Positions 14,641 through 26,375 of a DNA stretch of 64,000 nt are shown in pieces. The stretch is from NCBI RefSeq assembly GCF_009914755.1, contig NC_060933.1; one strand, given 5' to 3'. The notes under the pieces are model-generated. The model did not search any database. It was not told where the DNA came from and saw only the letters and a list, made by a program, of their open reading frames with translations. Source of the DNA: the human T2T-CHM13v2.0 reference genome, Homo sapiens. Every line of letters starts with the position of its first letter. Within the stretch, counting starts at the first letter, position 1. The translations under genes were made by a program, and so were the position numbers.

Positions 14641-14879
14641 GGGGCCTAGCAAGGTATAAGAGAAACTGGACATATCTTAAATATATCGGAAAGGAGTTTT
14701 TAAATTGTAGAATAATCTTTAATCTTTATGACTCTATCATCATGGTTTTGTTACGTTAGTGATATCTTATGAACACAGAAGGATAGCTTCTCATGACCAT
14801 TTTCTATGACAGTTCCCTGAAGCAAGGTATCCTATGGAGCCACCTGAGTACACAATATAAAGTTACTGTGAAATTAACA

Positions 14880-15176
14880 ATATAGTGAATTGGTTAACAA
14901 AGGAGTAATTTGGTGCTGAAATTATTCAAATAATTGCCATTCTGTATATGTTACAATTCAGATTATCAAACACACCAAGAGTTGGAGAGGGGATGATCTG
15001 CATCATTCTAGATCAGCTCTGGCCAATGGAAATATCATGTGAGCCACATATGTAATTTTGTCTGTAGCCACAGTAAAGAAAAAAGCAGAAGTAGGTGAAA
15101 TTAATTTTAATAATATATTTTATTTAACCCACTTTCTTCAAATTATTATTTCAACATATAATCAGTATAAACATTG
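14880..15176 (-). repeat. Right arm of ~300-bp inverted duplication (partner 11987-12288)
   Basis: Reverse complement matches 11987-12288. Confidence 0.95.
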
Positions 15177-16570
15177 ACTATTAACACTTAATTTTAAGCA
15201 GAAATCAAAATTTTTTAAAATACGTTCTCCACTGGTATCCTACATGCCACGTGGTAGTGAACTGTATCATATCTCTTCAAAAGACCTGAGACATCAGTTC
15301 AAACAAATGCTATTAGTATCAACTCAAATTATATAACATTTAATAATCTCAGATCAGATGATGCTCATTTAGAAAGGCAGCAATTGGTGAAATCTATTGA
15401 TCAACAGCTGCTCTATCCATTTGTTATATCAAAATAACTTAAATATCTTCATTTTCAAAATATGTGTCTTGGGGATTTTCTTGTGGGAGTGGTATCTGGG
15501 TGATCTAATTACAGGCAAGCTTTCCGTCTTCTTTTCACTTGTATCTTCCATACCTTTTAAAATGTGCTATTTACTAAAATAAATAATTACCTTATGTATT
15601 TTATTATCAAAATAATTTTAAAACATAAGCAACAACATTAAGTTTTTTCTTAATTTTTTTTTTTGGTAGTTGATGTTACTGGGTTTTTTTTCTTCTTTTT
15701 TAATAAATGTTTCATTTTTCACTTTCCCCTCATGCACTTATTTATAGCACCTTGGATCTGGAGGCAGAGTGGTTTACAAGAAAATAACAATGAATGTTGC
15801 TTTTGCAGACACAAATAAAACTAAAAAGTGGATAAAGATAAGAATTCCCTAAACAAAACAAATTTAACCACCACAGGCAGACAGGCCAGAAGAAAAAAAG
15901 TAAGAGTTTGTCTCCTTTTATTTATTTATTTATTTTTAACTTAGCTGGCCAGATTGGGAAGAATGGCTCTAATGGTTTCATTAACTCAACAAATAAAATT
16001 GCAACACCTAAAAAACAAAAAAAAAAAAAAGTTTTTATTTTATGTAACATAAATTCCCTTTTATTAATCATATTTTCCCAAAAGGGGGAAACATTTCTGA
16101 AGGAAAAAAGATTATGCCATACATTACCCCACAAAACACGTATAAGACAGACAGTTTTTAGATCAATGGAATTTAAAGAATAAATTCTGTTGTTTTAATC
16201 AGACTCAAAAACCACTGAGACATTTACAACACAGTGTTTCAGCTTTGCCAAATTTAGCGCTTTACTATTTTTAAGAACCATTAAAAGAAATATTTTAAGA
16301 AAACGAATGCTTTTATAAAACACTTAAAAAAAAAATTAATGCTCTGTCCACAAAAAGGCCACAGAGGCACAATTTCCCAATGAACATCCAGAGAAAGAAA
16401 ATAAGTGGCCTCAGGCCAAAGATAAAATACCTTTGTCCTCAAATAGCAGCTTCCCTTTCTTGCCAAACATCAAATTACCCCAGTAATGCTCAGACTATGC
16501 ACTAGCCTCCAATACGAGCTCACTGCCTCAGAGTCTCACTAGTTTACAGACTAAGTCTCTTTGAGAACCT

Positions 16571-17110
16571 TGTTATGAGCTAAACTGTGTCTCCTAAAAA
16601 TTCACAGGAAATCCTAATCCCTGTACCTCACAATATAACTGTATTTGGAGATAAAGGTTAAATGAGGTCACTAGGGGTGGGCTCTAACACAATATGACTG
16701 GTTCCCTTATAAAAAATTAGGCTATAGACATACACAGAGGGAGGGCATGTGAAGAAACAGGGAGAACTCAGCCATCTACAAGCCAAAGAGCGAGGCTTGG
16801 TAGAAACCAATCCCACCAACACTTTGATTTTAGACTTCCAGCCTCCAGAACTGTGAGGAAATAAATTCCTGTGGTTTCAGCCACCCACTCTGTGTTATTT
16901 TGTCAAGGCAGCCCTATCAAACTAATACAGATTTTGGTACCAGGAAATGGGGTGCTGCTGTAACAAACACCAAAAATGTGGAAGTGGCTTTGGAACTGGG
17001 TAATAGGTAATGGCTACAAACGTTTTAGGGTGCATGTTAGAAAAAGCCCAGATTGCACTGAAGAGGTTAACTCTCAGAAGGAAATGTGACTTGGGTTATT
17101 GGAAAGTGGA
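16571..17110 (+). mobile_element. MLT1A-like LTR (16571-16928) plus start of MaLR internal sequence
   Basis: LTR ends aaactaataca and is followed directly by gattttggtaccaggaaatggggtgctgctgtaacaaa, a typical MaLR-int 5' end. Confidence 0.8.
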
Positions 17111-17935
17111 AACTTCAAGAGATAAAATTCAGCCTATACTTCATTGCTCTCCATTAATTGCTCTTCCCTATCCAACCTTTTCCCCTGGGCACAAATCCTC
17201 TATTCCACTCCAGAAATATACAAATTGAATATGCTCTCCAGTACCCACTGCCCACTCACATCCCAGCCTCTTCTATACATGTCCATTTTCAAGGGAAAAC
17301 CACTGACTTAAGCTCTACTTCATATCAAAAAAACTTTCATTTCCACCCTCTCATCTCAAGACCAAAGCCTTTCTGTGTCTTATTTACTAACCTCAATGAT
17401 AAGAGCAACTAATCCCTATACTTCACTACTTTCCTAGAATCCCTGTAACATTTTTAACATGTAAAACCTTTCTGTTATTTCTCCCATTAGATTCCTCCAA
17501 CTAAGACCCTACACTTCTGGAGCAGAATCATGTTTATTCTGTATTCTCCCCAATGCCTAACCCAATACAACATTCTTCCTAATCCATCTATTACTACCTA
17601 CTACATGAATACCTCGGATCTTCTCTGGAAACGTATCACAGGAAGGCAATGGATTCCTCACCACTGGTTTCCTTTATCGAGAAGTAGTTATTTACCTCCT
17701 TAGTCTTATTCTCCCACATGGAATCCCACTAAAATTATTTAATCACAGTATATCAATTTTACCATGCTAAATATCATTTCCGAACTGTACTTATATAAAT
17801 GCTCTCCTATGCATGACACTAATTTACAAGAAAAAATGAAACCTTTATTGTTATAAATATGGGGTTGATAATGTACGTAACAATATCAAATGAAATCCTA
17901 CTTTAGGCCAAATATCTATTTTCAAAAGTACATAC

Positions 17936-18168
17936 AACTGTTTTGGACATATATCATCACTCATACGCACCATCAAGCAGTCCTAAATTCACCAGGAAGT
18001 TGTCTGCTTCTTCTCTTTAAAGTGTAGGATCTTTCTCTGGCAGATGTGCTATTTGCTCTACCATATTTGGGGACATTCCAGTCCAACTTTGCCTCAAAAT
18101 ATTTCATGAAATTCAGAGTACTTTGTACGTTTCCAAATATACAAAATGTAGCCAACCTGCAACTCAAC
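17936..18168 (-). other. Probable 233-nt internal 5' exon of the minus-strand gene, containing upstream AUGs
   Basis: Acceptor tcttgtctctctcag|G at 18168; donor GTT|gtatgt at 17936; non-repeat sequence. Confidence 0.5.
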
Positions 18169-18944
18169 CTGAGAGAGACAAGACTATGTCAGATCTGGGA
18201 TGTAATCTGGAGAAAATAATCTACCTCTAACTGAGGATAGTTACCTTCCAGGCAATTCATTGTTCCTCTCCAGCTTTTAAATCCCTTAATCTCAATTCTA
18301 GACAATGGATTCACTTGATCATTTGTCAAGCAAAATCTCTCCACCCTAGCAGTTAAAAACTAAAAGTGGCCAACTAGACCTAAATCCATGTAAAGTTACA
18401 TATCAAGGATTTCCAAGAGTCTCTCTGAATAGCTTCAACTTGTAGAAATATACTAAACTCTGAGACCAGCCTCTATTCCTCACAGTTAGGTACATTTAAA
18501 TGCATCTGAAAAGGAAAGATGTCTTTAAGGGTCAAGCAGAGCAATGTCTAGGTGATAGGACTTTGAAGCACACTAAAAATTGACTAAAGATCCCTCCCTT
18601 TCCAAGCCACAACCTTCAGGCCTAGTCAATAAAAAGGAGTGTGGTAAAGGGACAAAGAAAACCAGAACTAGAGAAGGTAAGTGAAAAGAATAAACACAGA
18701 AAGGATCAAAGGAAAAAAAAAGGAACATATGTAAGAAATAAGGTACACCATAATCTATTAGTAATATGTTGAGAATAATCTTCATTAGTTTGTTTGTTTT
18801 GGCAAATGAGATAGGGAAGAAGAACGGAGAGTCAAGGGGTACCCAAAACTAGTTTTGCCTACATTGCACACAAGGGTACAGGTGCCTCCATCCAAAGCTT
18901 AGTATTGTATTAGAAGATCAAGTCAAGGAACGTTTTGCTAGGCT

Positions 18945-19261
18945 TTTATTTTTATTTTTTATTTATTTACTTATTTATTGAGTCAGAGTCTCGCTCTGTC
19001 ACCCAGGCCGGAGTGCAGTGGCGCGATCTCGGCTCAATGCAACCGCTGCCTCCCGGGTTCAAGCGATTCTCCTGCCCCAGCCTCCCTAGTATCTGAGACT
19101 ACAGGTGCGAGCCATCACGCTCCGCTAATGTTTGTATTTTTAGTAGAGACAGGGTTTCACCATGTTGGCCAGCCTGGTCTTGAACTCCTGACCTTAAGTG
19201 ATCCACCCACCTCGGTCTCCCAAAGTGCTGGGATTACAAGCGTGAGCCATTGCGCCTGGCC
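18945..19261 (-). mobile_element. AluS, full length
   Basis: Alu dimer; TSD gttttgctagg. Confidence 0.95.
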
Positions 19262-20642
19262 AAGTTTTGCTAGGTTTTTAAAACACTATTGTTTGCCAAA
19301 ATTCCATCAGGTGCTAAGGCATACATTATACAAATTTAGATAGTTCCAACATTACAAGATGTTCATTGTAATCACTCATACCCAAATTCAACATGTAAAA
19401 CTCCCAAGCCCGAAACCATCACCTCCTCCTCGTTAGTTTTCAGATAAGGTGTTATTTATTCTATAAAGGGTAACCTAAACCAGGAATTTCTAGGGAAACA
19501 CGAAGGGGATGTTTACATCAAACTGTCTACAAGGCAGGACGAGGCAGTCTGATCACTTATCAGATTCCTTCTCTATGACATCAAGGAACATGGAGAAGTT
19601 TTCCTTCTACGCTGGTGAAGTCATGGTCCTCTTATCTATCTGATGATACCTAGGAAACACTAGCCTCCAACCGCAGCCCCTACTGCAAAAAGGCAGTCAG
19701 TGCCCATTGCCGGGGTCTTCCCAAGCGGAGCACCTCAAAAGCCGCACCGCGCAGTAGAGGTCTCCAGGGGCCCCCACTCGCCCCCAGTGACTACGGAGCG
19801 GCCTCTACCTCCCGCCGGCGCCTGGCCACTTCTCCTCCCCCGCAGTCTCCGCTTGATTTCCATGTGACTGCAGGCAAGAATAGCCCAGCCTTTGTGCCTC
19901 TGCAAAGAACGCAAACAAAAATGTACACCATCACCACCCAACAAACGCGCAACTCCGCAAGACACAAAGCGTCTCCCAAACATCGCTTCCCTGGTAACAT
20001 CCGGCATCCTGGGGCTGCCAAATCGCAGACAAAGACGCCCATCAGCGCGGGGGGTGAGGAGACTAAGGGAGAGACAAGACCAACGTGCTCCCACCAACGG
20101 GAGCGGCGGTTAAAAGGGCGCCGGTGCCAGGGGTGAGGGACGGGGCACCGGTACCAATTAGCGGCTCGCCTCGGGGTCCCCGCGGCTAAGGCGAGAACGC
20201 AGGACCAGGAGCATTGCTGCCCACTCTCTACCGCAACCCGCACATCCCGGGACCACGTAACGGCGGATGGGGCGTCCGGGAGCGGCCCCTGCAGGGGAGA
20301 GCAACAGGCTCCCGCGCCCTGGAGGCCTGGTCTGCGCTCCAGGCCCCCAGGCTAACACCCCACCCCCAGCCCCCCGACACCAAGACTGTGCCCCTCTGGG
20401 TCAAGGAAAAGGAAAAACTTTTAAACCTCTTAGTCAGCGAGAGCAAAAGAAAGGGGTGGCGGGGGTGCTGAAAGGTCTAGGATTATCCACCGCGGGGCTG
20501 GGGGGAGTGGAGACTTGCGAGTAGCAAAGGAAACTTCTAGACCCCATCCTTTTAAAAAAGCCACAGCAGCGGCTTCCGCGAAGCGCCGGGCCGCGCGGGG
20601 TGGGGCAAGCGCACCGCCCCACCGCCCCACGGCCCGCCGCCA

Positions 20643-20695
20643 CCCCTACCCCCACCCCCACCCCCACCCCCACCCCCGCCCCCACCCCCACCCCC
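20643..20695 (-). repeat. (GGGGGT)n hexanucleotide repeat; predicted G-quadruplex / i-motif
   Basis: Eight C5 tracts separated by single A/G plus one C4 tract on + strand. Confidence 0.9.
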
Positions 20696-20796
20696 GCGCG
20701 CCGAGCCCAGGGCGCCCGCGCACCTTCCCCGCCGGCGCGCGCGCAGGGCGCGGGGGCGCGCCTCGGCCTCTGGGCCGGGGCTCAAGCGCCGCTTAC

Positions 20797-21050
20797 CCGG
20801 CTCGCGGCGCCCGCCCAGGGCCGCGACGCGAGGGGGCGGAGGACTGGGGAGCAGGGGTCGCCGGGGCCTCTGGATGCCTCGCCTCGCCCACGCTCACTGT
20901 CTTCTCTTCTGAAGTAACGACCCGGCGAGGAGCTTCGGGATCAAAACGCACAGACACTCACGCGTGACTGAGAAACTTAATCCCGCGGTGGCCCGACGCC
21001 AGCCTAGCGCTCCGCCGCGCCCCCTCCCCCAGCGCGCGCCGCACTTGCGC
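20797..21050 (-). other. Probable non-coding first exon region of an unidentified minus-strand gene; 5' end approximate
   Basis: Minus-strand donors CGG|gtaagc (exon end 20797), ACA|gtgagc (20898), CGC|gtgagt (20962), lying 3' of CCAAT/GC boxes. Confidence 0.55.
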
Positions 21051-21099
21051 CGACCGGGGCTGCCGCGGAGGCGGTGGCGGGGCCCAGGCTGCTGGGGCT

Positions 21100-21190
21100 G
21101 CCGTGACGCCTGCGACCGGCGGGGCGGCGGGCGCGCCTTGGCCAATCAGGGGACGCGGCCGAGCAGGCCTGTGCGGGGTTTTAAACTCGC
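21100..21190. promoter_or_regulatory. Proximal promoter motifs: half-CRE, GC box, NF-Y CCAAT box
   Basis: TGACG 21104-21108; ggcggggcgg 21118-21127; gccaatcag 21141-21149. Confidence 0.65.
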
Positions 21191-22011
21191 TCCTGGGCCG
21201 CTCGACCTGGGGTGTGGGTAGTGGACTTGTGAGGTGGTCAGATAAAATATAGGCTGCTCTGTTAAATGGGAATTTCAAATAAAAAAAAAAAGGAATAATT
21301 TTAGTACAAGTATATCCCATGCAATATTTGGGACGTACTTATGCTAAAAAGTTCTTCGTTGTTTATCGGAAATTCAAATTTAATGGCAGTCTTGTATTTT
21401 TATCTGCCGATTTTGTCAACCTGCGGAAACTGATAGCCTGTTTCTAGCTCCTCAGATTTTCCTTATGTGCACTGCCCTGTGGATGCTTTCTGCATGGGTA
21501 GCTTACTGAATGGCATAGGATGCTTATGAGAAGCGCTTTAATCAGAAGGGTGGGGGCAGTCCTCTCACTTTCTAAGTAACTTTTCGCACATCAGGGTGCA
21601 TTCTTAGTCTGATGATCCAATTAAAAAGCAAAAACAGTAAACATGGAAAAGTTATTAGAGTTGCATGGCCCCAGGAAGAACAGATATTCATTTCTATTTT
21701 GTGCCACTTAAGATTTTCTTTCTGTTATCCTCAATTTGGAAGTCCCACGAATTTTTTTCTGCATAAGAAACTCTTTTTCAAAATATCCCTCTGATATTAG
21801 ATTATAGGACCAAAGGATACTCAGAAGTCCAATTTAGAACATTTAAAAGAATTTCTTTTAATATTCTGAATAAAAATACTTTTTTCTCATATTCCTTGGA
21901 CTTTCAAACACATTCACAGCTGTTGACCTCTCTCTTCCTAGAGTCCTCCCCACCCCACCCCTCTTGTAATTCCATGCAATCACACTCTTGGTTTTGCTTC
22001 TTCCGCTTAGT

Positions 22012-22203
22012 CAAGGGCGGATGTATGGGCTCTGAAGCTTGTACAATTGGGAGCTCTGCTTTAACCAAAAAAAAAAAAAAAATCTTTCTTTAGAAAAATT
22101 CAAAAAATAAATGCCCATGTAAACACATTGCTAGGGTTGCTCCCAGGCAAGAGAAGGACCCGGAACGTTAAGCTACATCAATTTCCAGGTAGATCTGCCC
22201 CTG
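22012..22203. mobile_element. hAT-Tip100 MITE (MER69A/Arthur1-like)
   Basis: Ends agggcggat...gatctgcccctg; internal ctgaagcttgtacaattgg and catgtaaacacattgctaggg. Confidence 0.55.
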
Positions 22204-25200
22204 TCCCCAGGCCACTCTTCAGTCTTCTTTGCCTCCTCTCCCCCAATCTTTAGATGCTGGAATTCCTTAAAAATCAGTTACGGGCCCTCTTTTCCTTTTA
22301 ACTCTTACCTCTAAATACATTTTCACTTCTAGCTTATGATCTCGTACCTACAGAATCTTACATTTATACCTTCAGATTTATCCATATATTCAAGTGTTTA
22401 TTTGGCTTCCCTGTTTGCTTGTCTCAAACCTAGATTGCAAAAAAAAATGCAGCCGTGATACTTCTGCTCAAGCCTGGTCATCTTGTTCAGTGTCCCAGTG
22501 AATGGAACTGCCATAGATGCTACATGATTCCCACAAACTACGATAAACCCATTGTGATGCATTCTTATGGTACCCTATGCTTTTGCTTCATAATATTTTT
22601 CCTACTTTGTAAATATGCATTTGATTTTGTAATTATGCAATGTCTCTTCCCTCTTCAACCATAAACTCCATGAGAACAGGGGCTAAGTCACCATTTTATC
22701 CTCAGAGCCTAGTAAAAACTTCACACTTGGTTGGCACTCATATGAAATAGGATGAATATACGACTGCAAGAATGAATAATTTCTCCATATAACTTTTGTG
22801 TTCTTGTCATAGAGTCACCTCAAGGCATCCCATTTGGAAAGGATTTTCTTATTGCTTAGAAATTCCAAAGGGATCCTCCTGTTTGAATAGCACTTCTACT
22901 TGTCAGTTTTCAAATCTGGTCATTCTCAAATACAAAGGAAGTACGTGCATGAAATGTTAGCTGCTGGGGTAGTGTAGGAGGAAAAGAATTTCATAACTAG
23001 CTACTGAAGGAATTCTTTGAGTCCTAAAATTTTAAATGGCATTTTTTATATTGAACCATAGGGAAAGAGCCCATAAAACTGAATTAGAGGAAAGTTTTAG
23101 AAATTTAATTCCCTGGTTTATTGTGGATAAATGAGATTAAAACAAATAATTTTACCTTGGTTTAAAAGGTGCTATTGTTCTAGTCTCCTTTAGCGAAGCA
23201 AAGCCCACATGCCCTCTTTAAACAGCAGTATATCAGAGGATAAAAAGGCATCTGGTTTAGATTAGTCCTTGCATAAAATTATCCAGAGTTTGGGGATAAT
23301 TCCACCCTGAAGCTTCTCCTTTTGAAGTTAATCCGTATAGCTATTGCTCTATTCTCTTTAACTTGTTCTAATCCAGAAAACCTAAGATTTTCTAGAAATC
23401 CACCGGGGATATAGTGCACTAGTTTAAAAAAAAATACCTAAAATAAAAGTTAAAAACATTAAAGTTGAAATAAAATCTTGCAGAGAAAGACAAAGTGTAA
23501 AGCAGATAGAGTAGAGGTGCTCTACTCTATGGGATGGCTTGAAACCCCATACGTAAATAGATTAATAATGCTTTCTATTTCATGTTAATACAGGCTCTGG
23601 GGTCATTCCACCTATATCCTCAGTGAGGCATTCTCCACAATAATTTGTTTTTCTCAAATTTGAGTCATATTCAGAGGACTTTTATAAGGGAAAAAGTCCT
23701 GGAAACTTCTGAGATTGGTTTAAATTATTATTGTTGGTTTATTATTTATTGTTCATCATAATTGAACAGTACAAATATAAACTATGTATATGATATTATT
23801 TTACATTTGTGGCTCCTCTCCAACTCTAAAACTAGTGAAAGGCCCGGGTTATCTACTCAAAACCTTTAACGGCTGCTGAAAAGACAGATCCTGGAAATTA
23901 AACTTTTGATCCACCAAAATAACAGAGGATTCTTTTAGTTGCCTGCTGAGCACACAGTCTTCATTCTGCTTTTTAACAGCAGATAGCCAAGACGTAGGTG
24001 AGACCCCCATGCTGGGAGATGTTACTACAGAACTGCAGGGTTAGAACTCTATGAACCAAATCCTTTCCCAAGGACTGATTTGGGGTAATCCTAATAGTGG
24101 GGTGATGGGCTATTTTTATCACCTTTAGCCAGCAGTGACTCTTATTAATAATGCAGCATTTAAATGCAAACTAGATGGCATGCTTGCCAGTCCCTCTACC
24201 TAAGGGATATCTAATATATAACAACTGTGCAGTTTTAGTTTATTATAGTTTGTAGATTTTTTATGTTGTCTACTGGCTGACTGACTTTATGGTTTCAATT
24301 TGCCTCAAATGTCTCAATTAAAAGAAGAGTTCAGATAAATTTTTTTTCAGTTTGTTCAATGTTAAAAAGCATTTTAAATAATCCTTAATTTTTTCTCTCC
24401 ATTGAAAAGAAGTCAAGGTTGAAAAAAGAAGATAAAGAAGAAAGAGAAGAACATTAGGATAATGGATATATATGTGTCTAGGAGAAAGCCATTAGGGGGA
24501 GAGAATGACTAAGAGAGAATCCCAGGAATGAGAAAAATGTAAAAATTATTTCTCTTTTGAGAACATACAGAGTAATCTGTCTCTCTTCATATAACAAACT
24601 GTTTATAGAGAGATAAAGGCTCTGAAATCTCCAGTGTGTCTGATTAGGCCTCATCTCTCTAAGCATGAAAGAAAGGGCATTGGGAGGTCATGACCTTCTG
24701 ACCTTGAATTCATTTGCATTTGTACCCACAAAATTCTAACTCTATAAGGAAATTCCAGGAGAAAGCATTGGGGCCAGGTTAATTTTAGGAAGAAACACAT
24801 CCAAACTGTTCCAGAATCTGTGCCTCAAGTTTATGCCAGCTAGAATGACATTTTGAACTATCTTACAAAATATCTTCCCTGTTATGCATACTCTGAGGGC
24901 ATAAGTGAGTTATCCAAAAAGAAAATCAAGAAAAACAATAACAATAGTGAAAAGAATTTGTTCAAGTTGCATAGTATCTTTTAGGTAATACTCCCCCTTC
25001 ATGATGGCAGAAAGAACAGAGGGGAAAAAATTGAGCTATTGAAAACACCACTGAGTCAGTGGATTATGTCTTACCTGAAGCCCACTCCACCTCTTGTCTT
25101 TCCACTTGTATGAGCCAATAAATTTTTTTTAGTTCTTAAACTAGTTTGAATTGAGTTTTCTGTTGTTTGTAACTAAAAGCATTCAAACTGATGAAATACA

Positions 25201-26219
25201 CATATTAAGCCATTCACAGTGAGCTAGACAGGTACTTTTAAGTTTCAAGGAACACACTGAGATTACCTCAGTCGGAGCTTATTAAAGGATAACTAGGAAT
25301 ATAAGGAAAACATGAGTTTCCACTGGTGAACAGCCAGGTCTCACAGAAAATGTGACATCTTTCTGGTCACAACACAAACACACAGAAACAAAAGGTCATT
25401 TCAGAGGATGCAGCTCTAGAGATGAGATTTTCTTACAGTCTGTGTGATTCTACCATAATTATAATCCAGTATACCTCTGTCCCTATGTATCTAGCTTTTC
25501 TTCTTCCTCTAATGTTTGTTTATATTGGGTCCTTGAAAGTCTGGTAATCGTGGATGGTCTGTTTATATTTAATAATGAGGCAGTGAGCAGTGTGGGGCTC
25601 TGTGCATACCGCAAGGCTTTGTTGACTTGTACTTCACTTCTGAGAAAGCATTACACTCAGGGGCTCCTCCATTCCAGAATAAAGAAGTCTTTACTCCATA
25701 GCCATCTGATGTCTTTTGAGAGGACATTTCTGGATGTTTGCCTGAGAAATAGATGCCTGGCTGCTAGGACTTACATATGGAAGCTATGTGTGCATGCGTG
25801 TGTGTCTAGAGTGTGCATGTGGGTGTTTATGTCTGTGTATCTGTGCATGCCTGTGATGGTGGTGATAATGTCGGTTGTTCCAATACCCAGCTTTCGCTCC
25901 TGACATTTTACTTCCACTCTCCATTGTACCTAGGATTTCAATGTTACCAAGCTTCTCTGCAGTTTTGGTGGATAGGATAGCTCCCTCCTCTGCTGTAGTA
26001 TCATAGACCTAGGACACTGCTTCTCAAACTAACTGCAAAGGGTCAGGTGATTTGTTTTTTAACTTCCAATGTGTCACTGACCAATGCACTAAAAATAAAT
26101 TACTAGAAAAATGACATGCTTGGATGTTGTGTCAGTGTTCAATTGCTATAAAGATTTTTAAAGGTTAAGTTTTAATTTGTGTGTGTGTGGACCAGGCTGC
26201 AGACCACACTGTGGGGAGC

Positions 26220-26375
26220 ATTATTCCAGGTGTAATGCATACAGAAACAATGCATCACGCGGATGCTTGTTTAAAATGCAGAATTTCGGCATCACCTCGA
26301 CCTACTGAATCAAAATCTTCAATTTAACCAGACCCCCAGGTGATTTCTATGCACTTTAAAGTTTTTAGGCAGTTT
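26220..26375. mobile_element. MER5A-like DNA transposon
   Basis: cttgtttaaaatgcaga...cctactgaatcaaaatct...ccaggtgatttctatgcactttaaagttt. Confidence 0.65.

Larger units (their letters stand above)
19700..21240. promoter_or_regulatory. CpG island spanning promoter and first exon(s)
   Basis: Abrupt rise in GC and undepleted CpG relative to AT-rich flanks. Confidence 0.95.

Noticed and set aside
18978-19343. Alu-derived ORFs (also 41892, 37596, 48183, 49511, 51389, 54573 and others)
   Set aside because: Standard Alu translations ([22 protein letters not shown]); not genes
21142-21160. ERSE (CCAAT-N9-CCACG)
   Set aside because: Sequence after the 9-nt spacer is cggcc, not CCACG
19735-21320. Dense overlapping ORFs (up to 150 aa) on both strands in the CpG island
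   Set aside because: Stop-codon scarcity from high GC; low-complexity Arg/Gly/Pro/Ala content, mostly non-ATG starts, no recognisable domain
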